Below are positions 13,246-25,073 of a stretch of 64,000 nucleotides of DNA, piece after piece; position 1 is the stretch's first letter; every line of letters starts with the position of its first letter. Origin of the DNA: an uncultured Acidobacteriota bacterium (GTDB taxonomy: Bacteria; Acidobacteriota; Thermoanaerobaculia; Gp7-AA8); assembly GCA_963822445.1 (NCBI GenBank), contig CAWGHO010000002.1, positions 192,001 to 256,000 of the forward strand. The letters are read 5' to 3'. A program made the translations under genes and the position numbers. The notes under the pieces are model-generated. The model saw only the letters and a list, made by a program, of their open reading frames with translations. It was not told the origin of the DNA and made no database searches.

Positions 13246-14538
13246 CTACGCGTCGACTTCGCGGACGATCTTTGCGCCCAGTGCATTCAGCCGCTGGTCG
13301 ATCCGCTCGTAGCCGCGGTCGATCTGGTGGACGCTGTGAATCATGCTCTCACCTTTCGCGCACAGCGCCGCGAGCAGCAGGGCCATGCCTGCGCGGATGT
13401 CCGGGCTGGAGATGTCCGCGCCGTACAACCGCTGCCCGCCGACGATGATGGCCCGGTGCGGATCGCAGAGGATGATCCGCGCGCCCATCTGGATCAGTTT
13501 GTCGGTGAAGAAGAGCCGCGACTCGAACATCTTCTCGAAGATCATCACCGTCCCCTCGGCCTGGGTGGCGATGACGATCATGATCGACAGCAGGTCCGCC
13601 GGAAACAGCGGCCACGGCCCGTCGTCGATCTTCGGAACCGCGGCGCCGATGTCGTAGCGCACGCGCAGGTTCTGGTCTTTCGGGACGCGGATGTTCTTGC
13701 CTTCGACCTTGATGTCGACGCCGAGCTTCTCGAGCATCATCCGCACCGCGTACATGTGCTCGGGGACGCCGTCCTCGATCAGCAGCTCGCTGCGGGTGAC
13801 CGCGGCCAGGCCGATGTACGAACCAACTTCGATGTGATCGCTGGCGATGCGGAAGTCGCCGCCGTGCAGCGCTTCCACGCCCTTGATGCGGAGCTGGTTG
13901 GTGGCGATGCCGTCGATCTGCGCGCCGAGGCTGATCAGGAAGTGGCAGAGGTCCTGGACGTGCGGCTCGGCGGCGGCGTTGTAGATCAACGTGTCGCCCT
14001 CGGCCAGCACCGCGGCCATGACCGCGTTCTCGGTCGCCGTCACCGATGCTTCATCGAGAAACATCCGCTTGCCCTTGAGCGCGCGGGCTTCCATCCGGTA
14101 TTCGCTCGCGGAGACCTCGATCTGCGCGCCGAGCGCTTCGAGCGCGAGGAGGTGCGTGTCCACGCGGCGGCGGCCGATCGCGTCACCGCCGGGCTTCGCG
14201 ACGGCGACTCGTCCGCAACGCGCGAGAAGCGGGCCGGCGAGGAGGATCGACGCGCGGATCTTCCGGGAAAGGTCGGAGTCGGGCTCGCATTTGATGTCGC
14301 CCTTCGCATGAATGCGGACGACGTTCTGCTCGATCTTCTCGACGGACGCGCCGAGGCCTTCCAGGATCTGGAGCATGACCCGGACGTCCTGAATGTCGGG
14401 CAGATTGCGGAGGATGATCGGCTCGTCGGTGAGCAGGCAGGCCGCGAGGATCGGCAGGGCCGCGTTCTTGTTTCCACCCGGCCGGATCGTCCCCTCGAGC
14501 CGGTGCCCGCCCTCGACTACAAAACGCTCCAGTGGCAT
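13246..14538 (-). CDS. murA: UDP-N-acetylglucosamine 1-carboxyvinyltransferase
   Basis: KNAALPILAA, PGGDAIGRR (Asp at the E. coli Cys115 position), SVTATEN, DIRAG, IDRGYE; start ATG 14538. Confidence 0.95.
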   Translation of the reverse strand: MPLERFVVEGGHRLEGTIRPGGNKNAALPILAACLLTDEPIILRNLPDIQDVRVMLQILEGLGASVEKIEQNVVRIHAKGDIKCEPDSDLSRKIRASILLAGPLLARCGRVAVAKPGGDAIGRRRVDTHLLALEALGAQIEVSASEYRMEARALKGKRMFLDEASVTATENAVMAAVLAEGDTLIYNAAAEPHVQDLCHFLISLGAQIDGIATNQLRIKGVEALHGGDFRIASDHIEVGSYIGLAAVTRSELLIEDGVPEHMYAVRMMLEKLGVDIKVEGKNIRVPKDQNLRVRYDIGAAVPKIDDGPWPLFPADLLSIMIVIATQAEGTVMIFEKMFESRLFFTDKLIQMGARIILCDPHRAIIVGGQRLYGADISSPDIRAGMALLLAALCAKGESMIHSVHQIDRGYERIDQRLNALGAKIVREVDA

Positions 14539-14608
14539 CGGGCGCGGATTGTAGTACGTGCCGCTGTGAGACAATGCGCCGTTCGTCCAAACCCAACCGG
14601 AGCCCACC

Positions 14609-16594
14609 TTGTCCATCACACCCCGTTCAGTTTTCCTCTGCCTGTCTGTCCTCCTTGCGGTGAACGCCTACGCCGCGTGCGATGAACCGGTGCTCACGCA
14701 GTTGCCCTCTGTCACCGTAGGCTTCAACCCGCTGGCTGTTGCCCTGGTGGACTTCGACAAAGACGGGAACCTCGATCTCGCCACGCCACGGAACTCCCAG
14801 GCGGATGGATACAGCGTGTGGGTGCAGTACGGCAACGGCGACGGGACATTCGACGCCGGCGTTCCGTATGCGGCCGGCGAGCGGTATCCGGTGCGGCTGA
14901 TCGCCGCGGACGTGAACGATGACACGTGGCCCGACCTCGTCACGGCAAATTACGACGCGAGCAGCTTCGGTGTGCTGCTGAACGATGGCGACGGGACATT
15001 CGCGGCGCCTCAGTTGACCTCGACGGTGTTTTCGCCGGCGCGCGTCGTGGCCGGCGATGCGAATGGCGATGGCAATCTCGACATCGGCGTCGTGGGCATT
15101 ACCAGCGCCCAGGTCCACTTCGGCAATGGCAACGGCACGTTTACCGGGACGAAGGTCCTGACACTCGATGGATTTCCACAGGACGTCGCATTCGGTGATT
15201 TCGACGGGAACGGCACCACCGACATCGCCGCGTACGGCAAACCGCCCAATTACGGTCCGCCCACCACACCCGATCCGTCGACGGTGACGATTCATTTCCG
15301 CGCCAACAACGGCACGTATACGACGTCGACGATCACCGAGACCGGGAACAGCGAAGGAGTTCTGCTCGCGAAAGATCTGAACGGCGACGGCAAAGCCGAC
15401 CTCATCGCCGGGCACGGGCATCGGAATATGGTGACCGTGCACCTTCGGAGCGGGAGCTCATTCACAGTCACGGACTACGCCGCGGGCAGCGTGGTCAACG
15501 AGCTGGGATTGACCGACATGAACGAGAACGGGAAGGACGATCTCGTCGTTGCTACAGGCAATACGGGCCTTTTCCCTATCTTTCTGGGAAACGGAGACGG
15601 TACGTTCGGTCAACCGGAGCAGACCGCCGCCGGAGGCTCGGCGCTCCAGGGCCTTGGCCTCGGAGACGTGGACGGTGACTTCCGCACGGACATCGTTCTG
15701 GGCGACTCTGCGCAGGACAAGGCGCACATCTTCCAGAACAACTGCTCGCCGCGTTACGCCGGGACCACGCTCTCGTCTTCCCCGAACCCGTCGATCGTCA
15801 CCCAGGGCTTCAATCTCACGGCGACGATCTCTGTGAATGGAACGATCGATCCGACGGGCACCGTGTCGTTTTACGAAGGCGACGCGCTCCTCGGCACCGT
15901 TTCGGTGAACCCGGCTGCGCGCACCGCGACGCTCCTCATAAGCAACGCCACCACCGGCCAGCACACGTACACCGCGACGTACAACGGCGACAGCGAGTTC
16001 GGCGAGTCGACGGACACGCATTCGCACACGGTCACCCTGCCTCCGTTCGGCGCTCCGAGCTCGTTCACGGCAACGGGCAACCCGAACGGCGAAGTGTTCA
16101 TGCAGTGGATCGGGACGCAGGACGCGGTCGAGTACGAACTGCTCCGTCAGGTCGGGGGGACGTGGAGCGTCATCGGAAGCACGGGCACCACCTCGCTCCT
16201 GTTCACGCCCGGACCTGGAAGCTGGTTCTACGCGGTTCGCGCGGTGAACGGCACCGGCACGCGCAGCGGCCAGTCGGTCGACCTCGCATCGACGGTCGCC
16301 TTCACCTATCCGACGCTGGCGGCGGGATCGATCATCCACGGCGCCGACGTCATCGATCTGCGGTCGATCATCGACGGATTCCGCTCGTCGGCAGGGCTCG
16401 GTGCGTACACGTTCACGGATCCGAGCCTCAGCGGCGCGGTGGTGAAGGCGGTGCACGTGGCTGATCTTCGCATCGGGCTGTCGCAGGCGATGAGCCAGGC
16501 CGGTATGAATCTGCCGACGTTTGGCCGCTCGATCACGACCGGGCTGGTGATCCTCGCCAACGATCTAGTGGAGATACGCGCCAAGATCAGGTAA
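14609..16594 (+). CDS. Secreted FG-GAP/VCBS-repeat protein with Ig-like and Fn3-like domains
   Basis: Signal peptide; six DxxxDGxxD-type repeats and GNGDGTF motifs; Big_3-like (LSSSPNPS...TATYNGD) and Fn3-like segments; helical C-terminal repeat. Confidence 0.85.
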   Translation: MSITPRSVFLCLSVLLAVNAYAACDEPVLTQLPSVTVGFNPLAVALVDFDKDGNLDLATPRNSQADGYSVWVQYGNGDGTFDAGVPYAAGERYPVRLIAADVNDDTWPDLVTANYDASSFGVLLNDGDGTFAAPQLTSTVFSPARVVAGDANGDGNLDIGVVGITSAQVHFGNGNGTFTGTKVLTLDGFPQDVAFGDFDGNGTTDIAAYGKPPNYGPPTTPDPSTVTIHFRANNGTYTTSTITETGNSEGVLLAKDLNGDGKADLIAGHGHRNMVTVHLRSGSSFTVTDYAAGSVVNELGLTDMNENGKDDLVVATGNTGLFPIFLGNGDGTFGQPEQTAAGGSALQGLGLGDVDGDFRTDIVLGDSAQDKAHIFQNNCSPRYAGTTLSSSPNPSIVTQGFNLTATISVNGTIDPTGTVSFYEGDALLGTVSVNPAARTATLLISNATTGQHTYTATYNGDSEFGESTDTHSHTVTLPPFGAPSSFTATGNPNGEVFMQWIGTQDAVEYELLRQVGGTWSVIGSTGTTSLLFTPGPGSWFYAVRAVNGTGTRSGQSVDLASTVAFTYPTLAAGSIIHGADVIDLRSIIDGFRSSAGLGAYTFTDPSLSGAVVKAVHVADLRIGLSQAMSQAGMNLPTFGRSITTGLVILANDLVEIRAKIR

Positions 16595-16603
16595 CTTCGA
16601 CCC

Positions 16604-17422
16604 ATGCTCATCGCCCCCCTCTCGTCCGGCAGCGCGGGCAACGCGTACTGGTTCGAGAGCGATGGGACGGCCATTCTCGTGGACGCCGGCCTCGGGCCGC
16701 GGGAAACGAAGAAACGGCTGGAGATCGTCGGGCGAGGCATCGAGAACCTCAAAGCGATCGTCGTCACGCACGAGCATTACGACCACATCCGCGGCGCGGA
16801 GAAAATCGCCCGCAAATATGAGATTCCGATTTACCTGACGCGCGGCACGCTCGAAGGCTCGACCATCGACCGCGCGGAGACGAAAACGGTGGTCTTCGAG
16901 AACGACTCGACCTTCACCATCGGCGAGCTGCAGGTGCACGCGCGGAAGACGATTCACGACGCCGCCGATCCGGCCTGCTTCGTGGTCGAAGCGCGAGACG
17001 GCACACGGGTCGGCATCGCCAGCGACCTCGGATACGTGAACCGCGAAGTGCTGACGCATCTCACCGGCTGCGACGGCCTGTTCTTCGAGTCGAATCACGA
17101 CCTGGACATGCTCCGCCTCGGCTCGTACCCGTGGTCGCTCAAGCGCCGGATCATGTCGCGCTACGGCCACCTGTCAAACGACGACTCCCTCAACGCCGTG
17201 CAGCGACTCCTCGGCGCGGAGCTGAAGACGCTCTGCATGATCCATCTCTCGCAGAAGAACAACCACGAGTCGATCGTCCGAGACATGTGCACGCGCCTCC
17301 TGAACCGCACCGGCGCCAGCATCGAATTCGCGATCGCCAAGCAGTTCGAGCCGACGGGCTTGTTCGACGTCGCGCGGCGCCGCGAGCGGACGCCGATGCC
17401 GGGGCAGATGTCGCTGTTTTGA
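16604..17422 (+). CDS. MBL-fold metallo-hydrolase (YycJ/PhnP-like)
   Basis: LSSGSAGN, THEHYDHI, SDLG, ESNHD, GHLSN, HLSQKNN. Confidence 0.9.
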   Translation: MLIAPLSSGSAGNAYWFESDGTAILVDAGLGPRETKKRLEIVGRGIENLKAIVVTHEHYDHIRGAEKIARKYEIPIYLTRGTLEGSTIDRAETKTVVFENDSTFTIGELQVHARKTIHDAADPACFVVEARDGTRVGIASDLGYVNREVLTHLTGCDGLFFESNHDLDMLRLGSYPWSLKRRIMSRYGHLSNDDSLNAVQRLLGAELKTLCMIHLSQKNNHESIVRDMCTRLLNRTGASIEFAIAKQFEPTGLFDVARRRERTPMPGQMSLF

Positions 17423-17424
17423 CA

Positions 17425-17500
17425 GTTCCGGGGTTGCGGGGTTGCGGGGTTACGAGGGAGTCAACCACCCCGAAACCCCGTAACCCCGAAACCTCGTAAC
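17425..17500. repeat. Inverted tandem octamer array
   Basis: gttccggg gttgcggg gttgcggg gttacgag / cccgaaac cccgtaac cccgaaac ctcgtaac. Confidence 0.85.
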
Positions 17501-17518
17501 CACTACAATCGCCCCCGC

Positions 17519-17767
17519 ATGAAAGCCACCGTCATCGTCGAGCTCAAACCCTCCGTCCTCGATCCCCAGGGCAAGGCCATCGAGCATTCGCTGAGCTCGC
17601 TCGGGTTTGCGGGTGTGGAAGATGTCCGGGCCGGCAAACTGTTTCGAATCACGCTTGCGGACAGTGGCCAGACACGGGAGGACGTCGAATCACAACTTCG
17701 GCAAATGTGTGAGCGGCTCCTCGCGAACACGGTCATCGAGAAGTTCTCCTACACTCTCGAAGACTAG
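17519..17767 (+). CDS. purS: Phosphoribosylformylglycinamidine synthase subunit PurS
   Basis: [29 protein letters not shown]; 82 aa. Confidence 0.95.
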   Translation: MKATVIVELKPSVLDPQGKAIEHSLSSLGFAGVEDVRAGKLFRITLADSGQTREDVESQLRQMCERLLANTVIEKFSYTLED

Positions 17768-18854
17768 TCTCACCGCACTTTTGCTGCTGCTGACCGCGGG
17801 TGCCGCTCTCGGCCAAACGGGGAGCGACGCTTTGAAGCCGTCACCGACGCGCGACCGCAAAGTCGTGCGTCGGTGGGCTCTTCCCGGCGACCCGCGCGGC
17901 GTCGCCCTCGGCGCGGACGGCACGATCTACGTCGGACTGGCCGAGCCGCAGGCAGTCCTGGCCATCGACCCAACCACCGGCGCGATCAAGCGGCGCGTAG
18001 TCCTCGATTCCGCGGAGATCGCGTCGACCAAAGAGCTGGTCACCTTCCGCACGAATCCCGCTCGCACGCGGCTGTACATCGCGAATGGCAGCGACGAAAG
18101 CGCGACGATCCTCTCGCTCCCCGACCTCGCCGTGCTGCGCGAGATCACCATGGAGGGCGAAACGATCCGCGACGTCATCCCCGATCCGAAAGGCCGCTAC
18201 CTCTACATCCTCGGCCGCCAGGTGCACGTTTACGACGGCGAAGGCGATCGCGAGTTGCGCACGCTTCCCATCGAAGATCCGATGGCCATCGCCGCGAGCG
18301 CGAATGGCGCAGCACTCGCGGTTTTTGCGACGGAGGATTTCGGGAACGCGAAAGCGACCGTGGTGGCGATGTACGACACGACGACGTTCGCCGAGGTTGC
18401 GCGCGATCCGCTGCAGACGGAGAAGGCGGTCGAGGGTGCGCTGTTCGCCGATCGCGACCGCTCGGTCATCGCCTTCGCCCGCGACTCCCTGTTCGAAAAG
18501 CCCGTGGTGTCGAAGCCGGCCCGGGCGATGGCCCGGCAGAACGGCAACGGCCCGATGACCATGACCATCAACTTCGGCGACCTGGTGAACAGCAATCGCA
18601 TCTGTCTGCCCGAAGGCAGCGGCCCGCAGATCGCCACGACCGCCGCTAACGACACGTTGCTGGTTTACGGCGAACGCCGCTGCAGCGCGAGCGGAGCGTT
18701 CTCCGGCTCCGCGCGCAACGTGACGCCGGCATCGCTTTACGGCGTCAGCGCGTACGCGCTCGCGTATGACCGGCAGAACAACGTGATCGTGGCAACGGAT
18801 CGCGAGGGGTTCCTGACGATCTACCTCGTGCCGCGGCCGGCGATCGCGAAGTAA
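17709..18854 (+). CDS. Secreted YncE-like beta-propeller protein (start uncertain)
   Basis: Signal-peptide-like [15 protein letters not shown]; blades [26 protein letters not shown]; GTG 17709 is a guess. Confidence 0.65.
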   Translation: MSGSSRTRSSRSSPTLSKTSLTALLLLLTAGAALGQTGSDALKPSPTRDRKVVRRWALPGDPRGVALGADGTIYVGLAEPQAVLAIDPTTGAIKRRVVLDSAEIASTKELVTFRTNPARTRLYIANGSDESATILSLPDLAVLREITMEGETIRDVIPDPKGRYLYILGRQVHVYDGEGDRELRTLPIEDPMAIAASANGAALAVFATEDFGNAKATVVAMYDTTTFAEVARDPLQTEKAVEGALFADRDRSVIAFARDSLFEKPVVSKPARAMARQNGNGPMTMTINFGDLVNSNRICLPEGSGPQIATTAANDTLLVYGERRCSASGAFSGSARNVTPASLYGVSAYALAYDRQNNVIVATDREGFLTIYLVPRPAIAK

Positions 18855-18864
18855 ACTTCCTCCC

Positions 18865-19566
18865 ATGAAATTCGGCGTGGTTCTCCTTCCCGGCTCGAAT
18901 TGCGATCACGACGCTCTCCACGTCGCCAAAGACGTCCTCGGCGCGGACGCGGAACTCCTCTGGCACAAGGACACCGATCTCAAAGGCGCCGACTGCGTGA
19001 TCGTCCCGGGCGGCTTCGCGTACGGTGACTACCTCCGCGCCGGCGCGCTCGCGAAATTCGCTCCGATCATGGAGCCCATCCGCCGTCACGCCGAAGCAGG
19101 CGGACTCGTACTCGGAATCTGCAACGGCTTTCAGGTGCTGACCGAAGTGGGATTGCTGCCCGGCGCGCTGATGCGCAACCAGCACCTCCGCTTTCTCAGC
19201 CGCGAGGTTCGTCTGCGGACCGAAGAGATCGATACGCCGTTCACGTCGGTGATGCAGAAGGGCGATGTGTTCAGCGTTCCGATCGCGCACGGCGAAGGGA
19301 ACTACTTCGCCGACGAGGAAACGCTCGACGAGCTGGAGCGCAACCGCCAGGTGATCTTCCGCTACTGCGACGAAGAAGGGCGGCTGACCGCGGACGCGAA
19401 TCCGAACGGCTCCGCGCGCAACATCGCCGGCATCTGCAACCGCGCCCGCAACGTCCTCGGCATGATGCCCCACCCCGAACGGTGCGCGGAGTCGATCCTC
19501 GGCAACGCCCAGGGCCTGCAGGTGTTCAGGTCGATCGCGGCGTCGTTCGCCGGCGTCAGCGTCTGA
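18865..19566 (+). CDS. purQ: Phosphoribosylformylglycinamidine synthase subunit PurQ
   Basis: [39 protein letters not shown]. Confidence 0.97.
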   Translation: MKFGVVLLPGSNCDHDALHVAKDVLGADAELLWHKDTDLKGADCVIVPGGFAYGDYLRAGALAKFAPIMEPIRRHAEAGGLVLGICNGFQVLTEVGLLPGALMRNQHLRFLSREVRLRTEEIDTPFTSVMQKGDVFSVPIAHGEGNYFADEETLDELERNRQVIFRYCDEEGRLTADANPNGSARNIAGICNRARNVLGMMPHPERCAESILGNAQGLQVFRSIAASFAGVSV

Positions 19567-20710
19567 TCTCCAGCGGAATCACGCTGTTCGCAGGGGCCGG
19601 TGACGGAATCGGTCTGCTGAACTTCACCATGTTCGCGGTCACGATCCACTGACCGTCCGAGCACTGCGACTGCGATCCGCTGCGCAGCCCGAGGGCGTGC
19701 TCGGTCAGCTCGAGCTCGGCGCGGAGGCGGAAGAGCCGATGCCAGATACCCATGATGTTCGGCGTGACGACCTTCGCCGGCCCATTCCACCACGACACTT
19801 CTTCCAGGCGCTTGCCGGCGTAGCCCACACTATCGAACGCGCAGACGTTCATCCTGGCGATGTCCGTGGCGGTCTCGCGCTGATGGGCGACGAGGTCCGC
19901 GCGCGACAGCTCGAGATACGGCGCTTTGATCGTGCGTTCCACGAACCGCTTCAGGGGATTCTCCTGGTGGGCAGCGCTCTCGGCGTACTCGCGAATCGAT
20001 GCAGAAATCAGCCAGGTATCGGCCTGCGACGCGGCGAGCATCGCCTTGCGATAATCGAAGGTCCGGACCTCGTCGAACCACGCCGGTGCGGGCGCCGGCA
20101 TCTTCCGCGCGGCCGCGATCATGTTTCGATCGATGGCCATGGCGATGAGCGCAGAGATGAGCTCGGGCCGCTTCCACAGAGCGCGACTGAGTTCGTGTTG
20201 CGCGCGAAGGTCGTCCCACGCGCCCGCATCGCCGAGCCGCGCACGCTCGAGGGCGCTGGCGGTCAGGAGACGGCTGAGCCTCATGTGCGCGAGGAGATTC
20301 GGCAGCGGCGCGCTCGTGCCGCGGGCGATGTCGACCTCCCAGCCGATCGGCCGGCCTGACAGAAGATGCCTGCGGATCGCGGCGACTTCCGGCGGGAGCG
20401 GCGGTGCCGGCTCGATGGTCCTGTCGGTGCGTTGCAATTGTCTGCGGGTGTACTCGGCGACGACATCTGGCGCCTGGGGCCGGCTCCGTTTGTCGAACTC
20501 GATGCCGGCGTCTTTCGCGATCCGGACCAGCTCCGTCGCCGCCGCGGTGCGAGTTTGCTTCGGGTAGCGCGACGGCACCGCGTCGAGGCGGCCCAATCCC
20601 ATCGGCCATTCCCGCGCAGCGACCGTGCTCTTCTTGCTTTTCGCCGCGGCAGCGGCGATCAGCCAGATGGCGACGATCGCGATCGACAACCCGAGGACGA
20701 TTTTCTTCAT
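19556..20710 (-). CDS. Hypothetical exported or membrane-anchored helical protein
   Basis: N-terminal hydrophobic segment [23 protein letters not shown]; 384 aa; fills the gap between purQ and acs. Confidence 0.65.
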   Translation of the reverse strand: MKKIVLGLSIAIVAIWLIAAAAAKSKKSTVAAREWPMGLGRLDAVPSRYPKQTRTAAATELVRIAKDAGIEFDKRSRPQAPDVVAEYTRRQLQRTDRTIEPAPPLPPEVAAIRRHLLSGRPIGWEVDIARGTSAPLPNLLAHMRLSRLLTASALERARLGDAGAWDDLRAQHELSRALWKRPELISALIAMAIDRNMIAAARKMPAPAPAWFDEVRTFDYRKAMLAASQADTWLISASIREYAESAAHQENPLKRFVERTIKAPYLELSRADLVAHQRETATDIARMNVCAFDSVGYAGKRLEEVSWWNGPAKVVTPNIMGIWHRLFRLRAELELTEHALGLRSGSQSQCSDGQWIVTANMVKFSRPIPSPAPANSVIPLEIRR

Positions 20711-20747
20711 GGAGGGCTCCTATAGAATCCTCGCCCCGAGGACCGAT

Positions 20748-22698
<1,951 letters not shown>

Positions 22699-22700
<2 letters not shown>

Positions 22701-22781
22701 GGCTCAGAGGCTCAAAGGCTCAGAGGCTCAAAGTGAGCCCGCAGTCCTTTGCGCCTTTGCGCCTTTGCGCCCTTGAGCCTT
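22699..22781. repeat. Inverted tandem octamer array (RAGGCTCA)x4 / (CTTTGCGC)-type x4
   Basis: gaggctca gaggctca aaggctca gaggctca ... ctttgcgc ctttgcgc ctttgcgc ccttgagc; spans the acs stop to the next TTG start. Confidence 0.85.
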
Positions 22782-23505
22782 GAACAAAGTTGCCCTCATC
22801 ACCGGCGGCGCCCGCGGCATCGGCCGCGTCACCGCCATGCGCCTGCTGCTCGACGGGTGGTCGGTCGCGTTTACGTACTCGCAATCCAAAGAGGCGGCGG
22901 AAGCGTTCGAGGCCGAATCAAAAGGGAACGCAGTCGCGTTTCAGGCGGATGTTCGTGATGGCGCGGCCGCGTCGCGCGTGGCCGAACAGGTGCTCGCGCG
23001 GTTCGGTGCGATCGACGCGCTGGTCAACAACGCCGGCGTCCGCCGCGATGCGCTGCTCTACAACATGAGCTCGGAGCAATGGAATGAAGTGCTCGACACG
23101 AATCTCGGCGGCGTCTTCGCGACGACGAAAGCGGTTCTGCCGGCAATGATGCAGCAGCGCCGCGGGGCGATCGTGAACGTCGCTTCGCTCTCCGGATTGC
23201 ACGGCGTCGTCGGTCAGACGAATTACTCCGCCGCGAAAGGCGCGCTCGTGGCCATGACCCGGTCCCTGGCGCGCGAGACCGCGCGCAGCGGCATCCGCGT
23301 GAACTGCGTCGCGCCGGGCTTCGTCGAAACGGACATGACCACGGACATCGACGCGGAAGTGAAGCGGGAGATGATCCGCCAGATCCCCATGCGCCGGGCC
23401 ATTCGCGCGGATGAAGTCGCGGCGGCGATCGCCTTCCTCCTGTCCGACGACGCCAGCGGAATTACCGGTCAGGTGCTGGCGATTGACGGTGGCGCTTCCG
23501 CATGA
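22780..23505 (+). CDS. 3-oxoacyl-ACP reductase FabG-like SDR
   Basis: TGGARGIG, NNAGVRRD, GQTNYSAAK, VAPGFVETDMT. Confidence 0.88.
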   Translation: MNKVALITGGARGIGRVTAMRLLLDGWSVAFTYSQSKEAAEAFEAESKGNAVAFQADVRDGAAASRVAEQVLARFGAIDALVNNAGVRRDALLYNMSSEQWNEVLDTNLGGVFATTKAVLPAMMQQRRGAIVNVASLSGLHGVVGQTNYSAAKGALVAMTRSLARETARSGIRVNCVAPGFVETDMTTDIDAEVKREMIRQIPMRRAIRADEVAAAIAFLLSDDASGITGQVLAIDGGASA

Positions 23506-24410
23506 GTTATTTCTCCGTCGTCATCCCCACCTACAACCGTCTGCCCATGCTCCTCCGCGTTCTCGACGCGCTGGAGAAGCAGACCGATGCGCCGCCGTTC
23601 GAGGTCATCGTCATCAACGACGGCTCGAAGGACGAAACGGACCGCGTGGTCTCCCAGCGCAACGGCATCACCTTCCGCACGCAGGAAAACGGCGGCCCGG
23701 GTCGCGCGCGCAATCACGGCGTGTCGCTGGCCAGGGGAAAGTTCATCGTCTTCATCGGCGACGACACGGTTCCCGAGCCGCGCTTCCTGGCCGAGCATAC
23801 CCGCGTGCATCGCGAATCCGGCGACGACCCGCTCGTGGCCTGCCTCGGATTCACCGGCTGGCCGCAGGGCGAGCGCGTCACCGCGTTCATGGATTACATC
23901 AACGACTACGGCCTGCAGTTCGGCTACAAGCTGATCAAACATGGCGAGGTCGTGCCGTTCAACTTCTTCTACACCTCGAACATCTCCATCGATCGCGAGA
24001 TGCTCCTCGCCCATCCCTTCGACACGACCTTTCCGTCCGCAGCATGGGAAGACATCGAGCTCGCCTACCGGCTCGACGCGAAGGGCCTGCAGATCCACTA
24101 CAACGAGCGCGCGGTCACGCGGCACTACCACCCGATGACCGTCGAGTCGTTCGCGCGGCGGCAGTACACCGTCGGCAAGTCGGGCGCGATCTTCTTCAAG
24201 AAGCACCCCGAGCTCGGCGGATTCCTGGGCGTTCACGAAGCGCAGCAGCCGCCCTCACCCGATTCCGTAGTGGCGCGCTGGAGCCGGAAAGCGAAGCTTG
24301 GAGAGAGGTGGAGGCTCTTTGCACGACCTTCGGTGTTCGAACGATTGATGCGCGAACACTACATTCGTGGCTTGCGCGATGGGTTGCGGGGTTCCGAGGT
24401 TTCGGGGTAG
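23502..24410 (+). CDS. Glycosyltransferase family 2
   Basis: FSVVIPTYNR, INDGSKD, ARNHG, FIGDD, WEDIEL. Confidence 0.92.
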   Translation: MSYFSVVIPTYNRLPMLLRVLDALEKQTDAPPFEVIVINDGSKDETDRVVSQRNGITFRTQENGGPGRARNHGVSLARGKFIVFIGDDTVPEPRFLAEHTRVHRESGDDPLVACLGFTGWPQGERVTAFMDYINDYGLQFGYKLIKHGEVVPFNFFYTSNISIDREMLLAHPFDTTFPSAAWEDIELAYRLDAKGLQIHYNERAVTRHYHPMTVESFARRQYTVGKSGAIFFKKHPELGGFLGVHEAQQPPSPDSVVARWSRKAKLGERWRLFARPSVFERLMREHYIRGLRDGLRGSEVSG

Positions 24411-24455
24411 GTTCGACCTCCACCTCGCGACCTCGTAACCTCGCAACCCCGAAAC
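24383..24455. repeat. Inverted tandem octamer array overlapping the GT2 3' end
   Basis: gttgcggg gttccgag gtttcggg ... ctcgcgac ctcgtaac ctcgcaac cccgaaac, ending 3 nt before the tmk ATG. Confidence 0.8.
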
Positions 24456-24458
24456 TCA

Positions 24459-25073
24459 ATGTTCATCACATTCGAAGGAATCGAAGGCTCCGGCAAGACG
24501 ACGCAACAGCGCCTCGTAGCCGAAGCCTTGCGCGCGAAAGGCCGCACGGTCGTCGTGACGAAAGAGCCGGGCGGAACACCGCTGGCCGATCGCATTCGCG
24601 CGATCCTGCTCGACAGCGCGAACGTCATCGATCCCATCGCCGAAGTCTTTCTGTTTGCTGCCTCGCGCCGGCAACACACGACCGAGGTGATCGAGCCGGC
24701 GCTCGGGCGCGGCGAGATCGTCCTGTGCGATCGCTACGCGGATTCCACGCTCGCGTATCAGGGATTCGGCCGGCTGATCGAGCTCGATCGCCTGCGTACG
24801 CTAAACGAGTGGGCCACGGACGCGCTCGTACCGAACGTCACGCTGTTGTTCGATCTGCCGGAAGAGACCGGACTGACTCGCGCCAACTCGCGCAATGCCG
24901 GCGCGGCGCAGGACGAGGGGCGCTTCGAGGCCGAGGATCTTCGGTTTCACCGGCGGGTGCGGGAGGGATACCTGGCCATGGCTGTCGCGGAACCGAATCG
25001 CTTTCGCGTGATCGATGCGAATGGAACGGTCGATGAGGTTTTCGCACGGACGCGGGAGGCGTTGAAATTATGA
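24459..25073 (+). CDS. tmk: Thymidylate kinase
   Basis: FITFEGIEGSGKTT, KEPGGT, CDRYADSTLAYQG. Confidence 0.96.
   Translation: MFITFEGIEGSGKTTQQRLVAEALRAKGRTVVVTKEPGGTPLADRIRAILLDSANVIDPIAEVFLFAASRRQHTTEVIEPALGRGEIVLCDRYADSTLAYQGFGRLIELDRLRTLNEWATDALVPNVTLLFDLPEETGLTRANSRNAGAAQDEGRFEAEDLRFHRRVREGYLAMAVAEPNRFRVIDANGTVDEVFARTREALKL

Noticed and set aside
22780-24410. FabG-like plus GT2 as a secondary-metabolite cluster
   Set aside because: No ACP, ketosynthase or other biosynthetic genes nearby; flanked by acs and tmk.
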